Source: Zootoca vivipara (taxonomy: Eukaryota). From it: a DNA stretch of 64,000 nt. The position numbers and the translations under genes are program-made. Where the stretch lies: assembly GCF_963506605.1 (NCBI RefSeq), contig NC_083294.1, positions 38,502,001 through 38,566,000 of the forward strand, given 5' to 3'. Positions 35,821 through 49,531 of this stretch are shown here, piece after piece; within the stretch, counting starts at the first letter, position 1, and the number at the start of each line of letters is the position of its first letter. The notes below the pieces were generated by a model that had not been told where the DNA came from, ran no database searches, and was given only the letters and a program-made list of their open reading frames with translations.

Positions 35821-36589
35821 TTAAGTTCAATTTTTCACAGTTCTACGGTGTGGTTTCCTGAAAATTTACCAGCATTTTAAAGCTATTTTGCATACTATTC
35901 TGTAAAGCAATTTTTCCTAAAACAATGTGTCTTTGTATGTTATATTCAGTAATATTTGTATTTTGTGCATGTTTTACTCTAGCATATGCCATTTTTGTAC
36001 ACATAATTTGGATGGGGAACTGCATTGTGAAATTTGGAGAAGTGTAAGTATGGAAAGAAGGCCGTGTCTCAGTTCTCAAATTGTTTTAGAAAGTGCTCAC
36101 TAGGGATGTTTACTTTGAAATATTCCTCCTCTATCCCTTTCCCATGTATCTGACAGTTGAATCACAACCTCCTTTGAGGAAAGACCTTGTATCTCTCAGC
36201 TTTTAGATCAGGGCTCAGAAGCCTGCTCCTCCTCTTCCCAATCCTGTTGAATTCCCAACTCCTATCAGTCCTGACCAGCATGGCCAAAACCCAGGGTTTC
36301 TGGGAGTTTTTGTCCAACAATATCCTGGGGGACCACAAATATTTAAAAACTCTTCAAACTAAGGGCCAATATCCCGGGTATAAAGAAAATGGTTTTGTTT
36401 TTTTTTGTTTTTTTTTTGCCTGGCACCAAAAACTAGACAAAGAGGGTGCCTAGTGACCCTCTCTAAGGAGAGAATTCCACAAGTGGGGAGCCATCACCAG
36501 AATGGCCCATTCTCATCTTGTCAGCCTCTGGCCCTCCCATGGAATGGGGGAAAGGAGAGGGCCTCAGATGACTATCACAGGATCTGATT

Positions 36590-36745
36590 CACATGCGAAA
36601 TCTCAGACTGTGTTTACTGACCTTGGGCCAGTTACTGACTCTTAAGTCTAACCTACTTCACAGCATTGTTGTGAAGATAAAACGGGGGGGGGGGGGGGCT
36701 AGGGATGCTACCTTGAACTCCTGGTGGAAAGGTGGGATTTAAAAA
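36590..36745 (+). mobile_element. MIR/CORE-like SINE fragment
   Basis: tgaccttgggccagt...ctaacctacttcacagcattgttgtgaagataaa. Confidence 0.6.
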
Positions 36746-38204
36746 AAACACCAAGTACAGTACTATAACTAAGTTATGGATGTGTGGAATTTACCAGAAT
36801 TAGATGACAATGCAATGGAGCACAGGCTCAAATAAGCTTGAAGGAAATTTGTCACTTTATTTATTTTTACAAAATCTGATTACTTCTCTCTGCCAAATGA
36901 CGTAGTTGACATTGAAGCAGATTTGACAAAGGCACAATTCTTTAAGCACAAACAAAACGAAAAAGACACTGACACACATGTGATGTGTACTCTCTTTGCA
37001 ATATCTCTTTGTTATCTTTTGGTGTTAGTGTAAGGGGAGGAAAAATGATTGTGGATTTAACTTTGGCTTTTAATATAGCTATTTCCAACACTGATTAAAC
37101 CTTCTCCCATGCTTGACATCATCTTTTGGGATTTCACCCATGCATAACATTTCGTCTGTAATCCTACAGCATTGTGTCATACTTGACAGCTCAAAAAGCC
37201 TGTGAGAATTGGATAGTGTAAGTGTTTAATGTGACAAAATAATGGAAGATCCAAATGATATATGGCAATATAAAAGCAATTTAACTACCAAAGGAAAATA
37301 GATATGGCTTTTCTTTCATGGTTTCATTTTTAATACTCCATGGGCTACATTCAGTTACTCTGATGTAAATCCCTCCCATTAGAAATACTGCATATTTTTT
37401 AATATGAAGCAGAAGTCTCCTAAGACCAATGGAGAGAGAGGTGTTTGCACTGTTTTGGCTGGGGCCCACTATCAAGATCCTTATGTGTTTTCTTTGTAAG
37501 ATCAGCCTCCTATGAGACCTAACTTTTCGGTTAGGTTACAGCAAGAATGGCTGACTTTAAATAAGACACGATTATGAAACAGGGTCTATAATCCAGGACT
37601 TTGAGATCCATTTAAGTTTAGCTTTGCACTGCTTACCTTTGTGGCTGCTTTCTTCCCACCTACTCAACCTATATGTTTGTCAAGAAACAAATATTGCAAA
37701 AAACACCCCACACCCCACAAGCCCCCAGTATGGCATCCTGAACAGGAAGTGACCCTGTAAGATGTTCCTGAAACTTTGGATCAACTGGTGAAGTGGAAAG
37801 TACAAAAGCATATTAATCTTTGCTTACTGTTCCTCATCTTGATTTCAGAGTGAAGCCAACTATCATTAAGATCATAAACAGAATAGTTAGCTGTACTCTA
37901 GACAGATGGGTACTTGCAATATAGGCAGAAGGAAGTGATATAATTATGTGGAGGTGCTTCAGGTAAACATTACTTGCAGATGGCTGAAAAATACCAAGTG
38001 GTTCTCATCTGCTGAAAATAGTGCAAGTCTTTTGGGTCTGGGCAACTCATTTTATATTTAAACTTATAACTTTACTTTCATGGTGGTATTTTTAGGATGA
38101 GGTAAAATTGAGGTAGGCAACCTCAGGCCCAGGAGCCAAATGTGGCCCTCTAGACTGTTCTGTATGGCCCTCAAAACTGTCCCCAGGCCATGTTCCTCCC
38201 TGAT

Positions 38205-38441
38205 CAACATAGCAGTTCGAAAGCGTGTCAAAGTGCAAGTAGATAAATATGTACCTCTCCGGTCCGAAGGTAAACGGCGTTTCCGTGTGCTGCTCTGGTT
38301 CGCCAGAAGCGGCTTTGTCATGCTGGCCACATGACCTGGAAGCTGTATGCCGGCTCCCTCGGCCAATAACACGAGATGAGCACCGCAGCCCCAGAGTCGG
38401 TCACGACTGGACCTAATGGTCAGGGGTCCCTTTACCTTTAC
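38205..38441 (+). mobile_element. Sauria SINE, 5'-truncated
   Basis: High similarity to 14612..14966; ccctttacctttac tail. Confidence 0.92.
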
Positions 38442-40944
38442 ATATTTAATTAATAATAAATAATAAATAATAATAATTCACCTTAATGGGCTAGCCTCCA
38501 TTGGCTGCTGGTCTTACAGCAATGGGAGTTTACCCTTTCTACCCTTTAAATAGCACTGCCGAGGATGAACCTGGGAACTGCTCAACCTGCAAAACATTTA
38601 CCGCTCAGCCGCAGCCTCCTACCCTTTAGCGCGACCACTTTAAGAAGCAATCAAGAACCCACTTATCATCTGTTCATTTATTTTAATAGGACTACTCAGA
38701 AGTAAATGGATTCTTAATTGCAGGCTCTTAGTCGCAAGCAATTTTGTCAATAATGAAGCCATCAGTCCATAGAGCCAAAACACTCCACATATTGTGCGTT
38801 AATCACTTTTATGGTACACTGAGGGATTGGATAACATTGCAGAATTTGAAAAAGGTGGGCACAGTCAATAGTCATAAGCCTCTGAGAAATCAATGAGGAG
38901 AAAAAAACACAACCAAAGGCTATCCATGCATTTTGGCAAAACAAGATGCTTATGCAGTGAATGGGCTCCAGTTTTTTTATTTGACACCCCCCCCCCCCCG
39001 AATTCTTCCTCAGATTTCAGTAAGTATGAATTGGAAATGATGGTGATCTTCAATAGGAGGAGGGGTGTAGTTACAAGATCAAGATCAACTGTGCCTAGTT
39101 TTTTTTCCAAAAAGTAAAGAACTTATTCCAATAGGTAAACCCAGAGCTGTGCTTGCTGCAATGAGCCTGGAATACAGCATGGGTGAAAGACGGGAAAAGC
39201 AATAGCTACATACACTTCCACAGCTTCACAACTTTTAAGTGGGCAGGGAAGGATTTCTGGGTAGTGAACTGGCAGCCCAGTTTGGAACCAGTAGCCAAGA
39301 TGAAAATGGTAATATCAGGAATTTAAAAAAAACACACAAAAATGTCTGGATTACAGAAACTAGAGACATGTGAGATGACACAGGGCTGTGAGGGCTAAAT
39401 TGTAGACAGTGATCAAAGGGGAGCCAGGATTTGTCCCAGGGAGTCTGAGCTGAGGAACAAAGCCAGGACCCAAAGCCAAAGGCTACACTGAAACACAAGA
39501 GGGACACAGGGTCCACTGTTGCTTGGGGAAAGCCTCAGCCCAAACAGGAAGCAGTTCTCCATCCTGCTCTCTCTTCCTTTGGGGGGGGGGAATCAATGTC
39601 CATTCTTGGTGCCCAGGGCCAGTCCAAAGGCAAGGGTACTTCATTGCCTAGGAAGATGATCCATTCACATGGGCCATTTGCATGAGTCAAGCCTTTCCCC
39701 ATGCTAGCCTAGCTAGGCCTTGGAAGGGAACACCACTGCAAATAACATCCCTGTGACTGCAGGGTTTCTGTTTACATCTAAGTCCTCCAGATGTTGTTAG
39801 ATCACAACTACCACCATCCCTGATCATTGACCATGCTGGCTGTATGAAATAACCAGCTTCATATAACCAACATGCTTAATTAGTGCACAAAGGGGTTAAG
39901 ACCATAGAGTAAGCTGTCCTACTAGGCTTAGCTCACCCTGGGAGGGATTAGGCAATCAAGCCTTTGTCTCCCTGCTCCAGTCTACCTGACAAACTCAGCG
40001 TGTGAGGAAGTCTCAGCTGGTTGCTTCAAGCTCAAACCGCAAGGCTCTCAGACGCGACTCTTGAGTTCCTATACCAATAAGTAAGGCACTTTGGAATGAA
40101 ACTAAGTTTTACTGCCTGTGCTGGCTTTCTGATTGATGTATGAAAAAACACAGGACCCTGACCTTTCAAGAGTTTGTTAAGTAAACCATTTTTTAACTTA
40201 CTAAATGTCTGATCTTTTGCTATGTTGGGGAAGAGGGGACTATTTTGGAACTCACTTGGAAATACATTTTTCAAAGGTCTCACAGCCTATATTTCCATGC
40301 TTCACTTTGCCGCATATTTTGTGAGTTTAAATATCTGCTGGGGTTCTGTCATCAATGAATATTTGCCCCAAACTTGGATCTTGTCATCCCGTGAATCCTC
40401 CTTTCTATACCTACTTTTAACTTGCCACCAGCAGCTGGTGAGGGTTTGAGTCTGGATTCCCCATCCCTGATCTTGGAGAATTACTGATCATGCAACATCA
40501 TCATCATGTGTTTCTTAGCAAAATCTCTTAAATAAGACAGATGGAGTTCAGACAGAAAATAAATCCTGATAACTTTTCACTTAGGAAACTGAATAAAAAC
40601 AGTGCATAATTAGAGGAGAAAGAAATGGAGAGGCTTTTTGTTTCTTACTTTATTTATAAGCAGAGAGACATTCAACAGAAACATGCTGAGGAAAAACTTC
40701 ACTTAAACTGCATGACACATGCTACTTCACTTAACTAACTTCACTGTCTGGTTCCTAAGCAATAACTCCACCCCTCTAATCCTTCGGCTAGTTGACTTTA
40801 CCACCAACAAAACTAACCTGTAAGTGGTACATTGAATTATCTCTGCACTGTACCACCAACAGTGTTTCCCAGTCTCTGCCACTCCTTGAATTTGCTGTTA
40901 TTACTGGGGAGACAAACTCACAGTAAGACAATGTTATGTGCCAA

Positions 40945-41224
40945 GTTTAAAAACAGCCATGGTATCTGGGAACCGTAGTTAGCTAAGAATGCTGAATGTT
41001 TTTAGGTGGCCTCTTTCCTTCCACAACTCCAGTTCTCAGAGTGGCTTAATAATCACTTCCTCTCCCCAGTGAATTTTGGAAAATGTAGTTCTGAGAGGGG
41101 AATAGGGGTCTTCTAACAACTCTCAGCACCCTTAACAAACTACATTTCTCAGGCTTCTTTGGGGGGAAGCCATGCCTGTTTAAAGTGGTATAATACTGCT
41201 TGAAATCTATGCAGGTGGGGGCCT
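40945..41224. mobile_element. Non-autonomous DNA transposon fragment (related end at 43318..43371)
   Basis: tgtttaaagtggtataatactgct...ggggcc is the reverse complement of ggccctgtttgcac...agcagtatcattccactttaaacag at 43318. Confidence 0.55.
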
Positions 41225-41612
41225 AAGTCTTGCTTCTTTTCATTGGCTGGGTAAAGGGTATTTATATAACACAGTGTATGGGCATCAACCCATAAGGAAT
41301 ATTTGTCAATACAGGTGTTTATTGAAAAAAAGAAAAGAAAAGCAGACTAGAGCTTATTTACAGGAGAGTATTAAATATGTCCATGTCAGCAACTCTCAAT
41401 GTTTTGCATGCCACTATACCCGTGAGATTTAACTAATGAACTTCCTGTGAACTACTGGCAATTATTATACCTGACAACTACCACCTTGGTATACACCAAA
41501 TTCCTCCTAGTCAGCATTCAGTTTCAAGGTTCCTAACATGACAGTAGGAAAAGAAAATGTACAGAAATCTATGGTTGGGGTGTGGAATTTCTGTTATAAA
41601 AAAATATGCTCT

Positions 41613-42058
41613 GCCTTTATCACATATCACAGCCCAACAAGACAATGACGAAAATCCACCAACAGCATACAAATAAATATGGCTAACCTGATCCAAAACA
41701 CCCACCCACCCCACTCACACATGAAAACAAAGATCACCACAGCCAATCACAAACAAACAACCACACCCTAGGCCAACCCCAACCTCTCTCACCACCAAAA
41801 GAACACAAGTGAATAGCTAAGAATCTGCACAAGCGATGCTGACACAAAGCCTACATATATTAAGTAAAATAGAAACATCGCCACCTGACCCCTCCCCCAC
41901 TCACCTTTTCCCCCTCCACCTCTTTCCCCCTAATGTCTCAACAAATGAAACTGATCTGTAAAAAATGTTACTTGAAAAAGAGAGAGAGAGACATTGCACA
42001 TAGAAGAAAATATTTAATAAAAATACATTTAAAAATAAAAATAAAATAAAAATAAAAA
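41613..42058 (+). mobile_element. LINE (L1/Tx1-like) 3' end
   Basis: C/A-rich 3' UTR, AATAAA and (aaaat)n tail; imperfect flanking repeat aaaa..tgctctg. Confidence 0.6.
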
Positions 42059-43371
42059 CCTGCTCTGAATTATCCAGGTCATTGGTTCTTCTCAAAGGGT
42101 TTTAATCTTATTAGACTCAAAAGTTGTTACATATAAAGGACGATCTATGCCACAGATTTGAACTGGCTTAACAGCCACTGTTTTCTCAGCTTCAGCTCCC
42201 CAACTGCAATGTGAATGATACTGACCTTCCATTCAGGCATGCTGCAATAATTTCTGTGATACTGTGCATCATGAAGCATGGCAAACAATGCATATGCCTC
42301 GCACCAGTCCCTATGTTACTGAAGTTGGGTGTCCTGAGCATAGATAGCTTGGTATTCCCTTTCTGCCATTCTGCTAAGTGGCTCAAATTCTTCCTCACTA
42401 GGAGCTGTCCAGTAAGTCTAAGATCTTGCAGTTGATGATACCAGAGGAGCTGTCCAACAGGAAGCGCAACAAGATTAAATGTTGCCTCAATACTGGTTAG
42501 GTGTCATCTGAGCAGCATTATAATGAACACGGCTGCCCCACAAACTTCTGTCCTGTCATTTAGGTCCTGATTCAGAGCACACGAGGAGAGGAATCAACAA
42601 TCCTCCTTATGACCATGACTCAGGGAGAGTTGACCTTATTCTGCCAGCACTGTTGGATTTATGCAGAACCCAAGTAAGCTGTAGTTTAGAGTCCCAGGTT
42701 ATGAGGGCCCCCTAAATTTCTAATTTTCAAGGTGATTGGTGACTCGAGAGTTTGCCACATTTTAAACAATACATTTTGTTTAACAAATTTATACCCCACT
42801 GTTCACACTTTTTCTCAAAGCAGCTTACAAAGAAAAAATAAAGAGTACAGTGTACAAGATTTAAAACATAGATTAAAACATCAGAAAATAAAACTCCTAT
42901 GAAACTTCTTTGGAACTCCTGGTGCCTGCTAAAAGCATTTTTGTTTAGGTAATTCTATCCAGATGCGTAGAATACCAACATATGTATTAATCTGATTTTT
43001 GGTTTATTGATGATTTTAATTAATTTTTGAATGGTTTAAATTGTTATTTTTTTTACTTTTTATGGATTCTATTATTCTGTTGTTTTTGTAAAACACTTTG
43101 AGGCTTTTTAAAAATTATCAGGCAGTATATGAATCTCGTGATATAAATAAATATTTATAAAAAGAAAGAGGTATTCATATTTTTCAGAGAGCGAGAGTGA
43201 GAGAGAGATACCATCAGGAATGCAAAAGGTTTATACAGTGTAAATGAAGGGAAAGCTGTATAAATATGTGGTAAAAATAGAGGAGATGAAACTATATGCA
43301 GTTCTGCTAAAGAAAGAGGCCCTGTTTGCACAATGTATTGAAAGCAGTATCATTCCACTTTAAACAGCCAT

Positions 43372-43725
43372 AGGTAAAGGGAAAGGGACCCCTGACCATT
43401 AGGTCCAGTCGTGACCGACTCTGGGGTTGCGTGCTCATCTCGCATTATTGGCCGAGGGAGCCAGCGTATGGCTTCCAGGTCATGTGGCCAGCATGACAAA
43501 GCCGCTTCTGGCAAACCAGAGCAGCACATGGAAACGCCGTTTATCTTCCCGCTATAGCGGTTCCTATTTATCTGCTTGCATTTTGATGTGCTTTCGAACT
43601 GCTAGGTTGGCAGGAGCTGGGACCAAGCAACAAGAGCTCACCCCGTCACAGGGATTTGAACCGCCGAGCTTCTGATCAGCAAGCCCTAGGCTCAGTGGTT
43701 TAGCTCACAGTGCCACCTATGTCCC
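43372..43725 (-). mobile_element. Sauria SINE, full length
   Basis: Reverse complement of the 14612 element; ggtaaagggaaaggg tail. Confidence 0.93.
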
Positions 43726-43751
43726 TAACTTAGTCCCAAACTGGGTCTAAC

Positions 43752-44110
43752 TTAGGCTGCATCAATAGACATATGGTGTCCAGATCAAGGGAAGTAATAG
43801 TATCACTCTATTCTGCCTTAGTCAGACCACACCTGGAGTTCTGTGTCAAGTTCTGGGTGCCACAATTCAAGAAAGATATTGAAAAGCTGGATTGTGTGCA
43901 GAGGAGGGCAACCAAGATTATCATGGGTCTGGAAACTAAGCCTGATGAGGAACGGTTGAAGGAGCTGGGTATGTTTGGCCTGGAAAAGAGTAGACTGAGA
44001 GGAGATATGATAGCCATCTTCAAATATCTGAAGGGCTGTCACATGGAAGAGGGAGCAAGCTTGTTTTCTCCTACTCCGGAGGGTAGGACTTGAACCAATG
44101 GCTTCAAGTT
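43752..44110 (+). mobile_element. CR1 LINE ORF2 3' fragment
   Basis: [41 protein letters not shown]...[28 protein letters not shown]. Confidence 0.95.
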
Positions 44111-44376
44111 ACCCCAAGAAAGGATACAACCTGAAGTGACAAAGTATGTTTACCAATGGGTCACGACCAAACCCATTGATGGGGAATACTTAGCTTGAAC
44201 TACTGTAGCTTTCTTGGTTTCCTCTTCAGCCACACTTTTGCTCAGATCAAAGCCAAAATACTTGCATATTTTTAGGGCATGTACAGAGTTCCAGCAGAAC
44301 TGAGCTTCTCGGCAATGACTCTTCATTCCAATATTTCCACATTTACTCTGACCAATATTTCCACATTTACTCACGA

Positions 44377-44567
44377 CTAATATATATCCATTAATTTCAG
44401 TGGGTTTCTTGCGTTCAATTAAGTTCTACTCCAAATAAACCCATTGAAGTTAATTGATCGAAGCCAACCATGTCTATTAATTTCCATAAGTCTATTCTGA
44501 ATAGAACTAACATTGGATACAATCCCATTGAGTCTACTCTGAGAAAATTGTAGCTGTATGCAACCCT
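44377..44567. repeat. Palindromic MITE-like hairpin family (ccattgaaattaat...attaatttca), apparently self-nested here; also ~45380..45450 and ~63700..63818
   Basis: Inverted arms ctactc.gag/ctctgagtag and cattgaa.ttaat/attaatttca recur at the three sites. Confidence 0.6.
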
Positions 44568-45009
44568 TCATCTTGAAATGAAGCAAAGGTGAGGACTTAA
44601 TACAGAGGGTTTTTTATTTTTTTAAAAAAGAATAATCCATTTTTGGTAGCGAGTCTCTCATTTCATGCATAATGTAGCTGTCTCTTACGGCAAAGTATAA
44701 TCACAGAGGTATTTCTGATTTATTAGAAAAAGCTTAAAGTTTGCCTAATGATAGTGCTTTATCAGGTCATTTAAAATTAAAATATAAATCAAAGGTATCA
44801 TTAAGTATAATTTCACTTTGCTGTATATTTTTGAACTTCCAAGGGATGTTCTATGCTGGTACCTCTAATAGCTTAATTCAGCTAAAAAGTGGCTTTTCGC
44901 AAGCGACTTGATACATAATTTAAAGCAAGTCACTTCTATGCCATAATCGTGCCAGGAGAAATGAACACACAGCTCCAGTGTCAAATATTATACATGGTTA
45001 CTAAAACTG

Positions 45010-45011
<2 letters not shown>

Positions 45012-45076
<65 letters not shown>
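45012..45076. repeat. (GA)n microsatellite
   Basis: Direct. Confidence 0.97.
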
Positions 45077-45079
<3 letters not shown>

Positions 45080-46115
45080 AACTGATCATAGGATGATAGC
45101 CACCTCACAAGGCCTTTCTAATTAGTTGAAAGATTTATACACATACTAAACATTGGCTGTTTTATTGATTGATTTTTTCTAACTCACTCTGGTTCTACAA
45201 TATATTTTGCTCATTTGTTGTATACAGGAGAATCTTTCTGTGATCACCAGTGTGACACTCCTGGAATTGCTAAAGTGCTCTTTTAAAAAAAGATCTATAT
45301 TTTTCATGTTCTTCAACTTGTCTAAATTTAAAAGGCTCCCTGTTACATGGAGGGCTGGACTCACACATTGCGGCTCGTGCCCTAACTCAGAGCAGACCCA
45401 TTGAAATTAATAGACATGATTAACAGGTCCATTAATTTCAGCTTGAGTAAAAATAGACCTGCTTTTACATTTCTATCTGTTTCTATTTAGAATAGTCACA
45501 TATTCACAGTAGAAGAGGGCAACAGTTAATTAACAGAACAGATCTCAGTTCTAAAGTTTCTACCAGAGTTTCATCTGCACTTCTATCTTTTCCCCATTGT
45601 TTTGGCTCAGGGAGAAATTGTGAAACACAAGACCCAGTTACTTTAGTCAAGAAACAGCATTTTGAATGTGTTATAAACATGCAACACCAGATGGTGCAAG
45701 AGAACAAAAAAAATTCTAAGCGATTTTTCCATAGCACCCCCCTTTTATTATAATGATTTAATTTCTGGCTTATTTATAGCATCCCCCCCCCCCCCGTGTG
45801 TAGATCCACCAACAGACTCTTGATCCGTGAGGGGTCTCTTTTAGTGGATTGAATGCATGTTTACTTGGGAATACATGCCACCAGCAGATCCTTACTTTCA
45901 AATACGTATGCATAAGGACTGCTTTGTAATGCTGCAATGCAATTGTGCACTGGATTCAGCTGAGGTCAGAGTCCTGAACCAAAGATCAGAGGGGATCTAG
46001 GCATTGCTCAAGGTGGGTTCAGTCACCCCTGGATTGCTGCAGGCTGATTGGATGGGCCAGAGGGATCTGGGGCTGATGGGTGGTGGGGAGGGAGGAGATG
46101 AAGACATCAGATACA

Positions 46116-46485
46116 TTGGCTCCCAGTACATTTCTGAGCACAATTCAAAGCCTAAACGGCCTCTGCCCAGTATACCTGACGGAGCGTCTCCACCTCCATC
46201 GTTCTGCGGTCCAGTGCCTAGGGCCTTCTGGCGGTTCCCTCGCTGTGAGAAGCCAAGTTACAGGGAACCAGGCAGAGGGCCTTCTCAGTAGTGATGCCCG
46301 CCCTGTGGAACGCCCTCCCATCAGATGTCAAGGAAATAAACAACTATCTGACTTTTAGAAGACATCTGAAGGCAGCCCTGTTTAGGGAAGCTTTTAATAT
46401 TTGATGAATTATTGTATTTTAATATTTTGCTGGAAGCTGTCCAATGTGGCTAGGGAAACCCAGCCAGATGGGTGGGGTATAAATA

Positions 46486-46533
<48 letters not shown>
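46116..46533 (+). mobile_element. L2-clade LINE 3' end with (TAT)n tail
   Basis: ggctcccagtac...aattcaaag, cagggccttctcag, ctgtggaacgccctccc (LWNALP), ggggtataaat then (tta)n. Confidence 0.82.
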
Positions 46534-47209
46534 GAACAGAATGAAAGGGATCTACCTGAGTCGCTGTGACTTCCTGGGACACGTTCCCACATGCCTTCTT
46601 CCTGCTGGACCTCTCATTCCTGCCTGATGCTCCAAGCCCTGAAGCAGCACCATGCAGAATGGAATGCTTGGCTTTCCACGAGGGGCTTCCTTGCAGGGAA
46701 CTGTTGAATGAGTAGCATCCTGCAGAATTAAACCCTACAGCTCTCATTGCAGGGGGGGGTACAAGTTCCAGGCTATTTTGCACCCTAGGCATGTCTAACG
46801 ACTTGTACTCCCGGCCCCAAATGACTAGCTTCAATTTTCAAGCATAGATGTACTGGAGGGGAGCGGGAATGAAAAGCACAAAACTTGAAACGGCTAAATT
46901 TATTTTAAATAGCAATCATAAGTAATAGAACAATCTTTGGTTATTCCCTCCCTCAAATACAAAATGAAATACTGAAAAAGAAATCTTCATATCATTTTGA
47001 ATAGTCTTGCGAACTGTGATATTTAAAATCGGATCTCTTAAAAATTTCAGTTTCAGGCACATCAAAATCTCACTCTTCCTATGCAAATTCTCGTCACACC
47101 TGCCACCTGCAAGGTAATTCTTGGTCACTTGCAATTAGCTTGTAGATGAATTTAAATCAGCTTCCTTATTCTGTGGTAGCTTGCTTGCAAGACTGACTTA
47201 AAAAATGAT

Positions 47210-47793
47210 AGTTTCAGGTAGGTAGCCATGTTCGTCTGAGTCAAAGCAAAATAAAAAAATTCCTTCAGTAGCACCTTAAAGACCAACTAAGTTTTTATTT
47301 TGGTATGAGCTTTCGTGTGCATGCACACTTCTTCAGATACACTTGAAACAGAAGAGTCAGACCCTTATGTATATACAGAGGGTGGTGGGTGGTGGTGGGG
47401 AATGGGTGATGGGCTGATAGGAGTGGTAAACCTGTTGATGGCTGTTAACGACTGCTGATGACTGCAATTGGTTCTGCGGGGGAAAAACAAAGGCTGAGGC
47501 GCTAAAGAAAGCTTGATCATGCATAATGAGATAAGAATCCTATGTCTTTGTTCATCCCAGGTGGCTCCATGGTTTTAAGCTTGGTAATGAGTTCCAATTC
47601 AGCAACTTCTCTTTCCAGTCTGTTTCTGAAAAATTTCTGTAATAAAACAGCTGCTTTGAGATCTTGTATAGAATGTCCTGGGAGATTGAAGTGTTCTCCT
47701 ACTGGTTTCTCTGTCCTGTGGTTCCTGATGTCAGATTTATGTCCATTTATCATTTGGCGTAGGGTTTGGCCTGTTTGTCCAATATAGAAAATA
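47210..47793 (-). mobile_element. Penelope-like element copy 2 (5'-truncated)
   Basis: YIGQTGQTLRQMINGHKSDIRNHRTEKPVGEHFNLPGHS...; 11-bp TSD taaaaaatgat at 47199..47209 and 47794..47804. Confidence 0.92.
47303..47340 (-). ncRNA. Minimal type-I hammerhead ribozyme motif (PLE-associated)
   Basis: Identical 38-nt motif to 253..290. Confidence 0.8.
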
Positions 47794-48063
47794 TAAAAAA
47801 TGATGTTGTTGAACATTCGGTGCCCAGTCCAGAATAATTCAGTTGTATTTGGCTGAGTTTACATGTGCTAAAAATTTCTGCTTTATAGCATAATCTATGT
47901 AAGTTCATTTGGCTAGAAGCTGCATAAGCTCATTTTTTTATATTTTTTCCTAGGTAGTGAACCAGTGCTTCTTGATCTTTAAATTGGTGCAAATGTTCAT
48001 TTGTGTCAGGATAAAAAGGGGCTATAATATTCTGCAAACTTCAAAAAAAAGCTCCATTGCTAG

Positions 48064-48218
48064 CAGGGCCGTCTCAAGCAGGTTGGGCGCCCTGGTGCTG
48101 AGGCGCGGAGATTGCTCCAGCACCCCCGCAGCGCACAGCATGGCTTCTGTGCGGCTTCGCTGCGCAGTGCCCCCCCGCTAGCCTGGCGCCACCAGGACTA
48201 CACCTAGAGCTGGGCCTG
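48064..48218. mobile_element. hAT (Tip100-like) MITE, CpG-rich
   Basis: Ends cagggccgtctc / gagctgggcctg; perfect 8-bp TSD attgctag at 48056..48063 and 48219..48226. Confidence 0.85.
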
Positions 48219-49193
48219 ATTGCTAGCACTGTACGATTTTTCAGTCGTATCCTAGAATGCCAAGTTTTGCATGCCAAGAACTCTCACCAAAGCAAATAAG
48301 TGTTCCAAGATTTGTCATCGGTATTGTTCCTTAGATAAGCACAATTCAAGTTCTCTCCAGGTCTAATAGTTTTCTAAATAGTCAGTGTTCCTCTCATTTG
48401 AATACAGAATTGTTCCAACGTTCTTCCAGCCTTTTGAACCTGTTTCCTATAGGGATCATGCATTATTTTTGTTTATTTATTTGCTGAGCAGCTTGCCACA
48501 CAAAGAATACATCTTTTGAATTTTGTAATGTACAGGATGACTTTTTTTTTAAAAAAAAAGTCTTTGGGGAAGCCATGTGATAAATCCTGCTGTGGACCAT
48601 GTTGCATTCCAAGCTATTGCAATCATTCCAATAGTTTGGCTAGTTAGCAGAGTCACTGTAATTCAAGTCAGTTTTGCAAGACTCTGCATGCTCTCAGTTT
48701 TCTTGACATCCTCTTTTTTCCTCTCTGTGTTTTCTAGAAATGTCTCCAGTTTGTGAAACTTCTGTCTTTGAGTTTATATCATTTGTAGTAGGAGCACCAT
48801 GTTCAGCTCCCTCATTGCTAGTTTCAACAAGAGTGTAGCCCTACTCTTGTTCTTAAATTGTTTTCCGTGTACAAAGGTATTTCAGGAAGAACCCCTCTGG
48901 CTTTGCTTGCTTCTTAGCTTTTTCTTCCTTTCTTTTGTGTTACTGAGCTCCAGATGGTCATTTTTAAATCAGCTATAGTACACTAGTAAAATGAATACCA
49001 TTTTCTAAATAAGAGTAAGATCAGATCATAAGATTTAAAATTAGGTGCATTTTCGCTTCATGTGTGTGTGTATAAAATGTAACCTCCAATAAACTCAACA
49101 ATCTATTTATTTTATACATATATAAAAACAATTACTTCAAAAATGATGGAATTCTTCAAAATATAAAAGGAAAGCATTATCAGAAATGTATAA

Positions 49194-49531
49194 AAGGTAA
49201 AGGGACCCCTGTCCAGTCGCGGATGACTCTTGGGTTGTGGCGCTCATCTCGCTTTACTGCCCGAGGGAGCCGGCGTGAAGCTTCCGGGTCATGTGGCCAA
49301 CATGACTAAGCCACTTCTGGCAAACCAGAGCAGCACATGGAAACGCCGTTTACCTTCCCACTGGAACAGTACCTATTTATCTACTTGCACTTTGTGCTTT
49401 CATACTGCTAGTTTGGCAGGAGCTGGGGCCTAACAACGGGAGCTCACCCTGTCACAGGGATTCAAACCACTGACCTTCTGATCAGCAAGCCCTAGGGTCT
49501 GTGGTTTAACCCACAGCGCCACCCGTGTCCC
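49194..49531 (-). mobile_element. Sauria SINE
   Basis: TSD tatcagaaatgt at 49178..49189 and 49532..49543; Sauria core and aaggtaaaggg tail. Confidence 0.93.
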
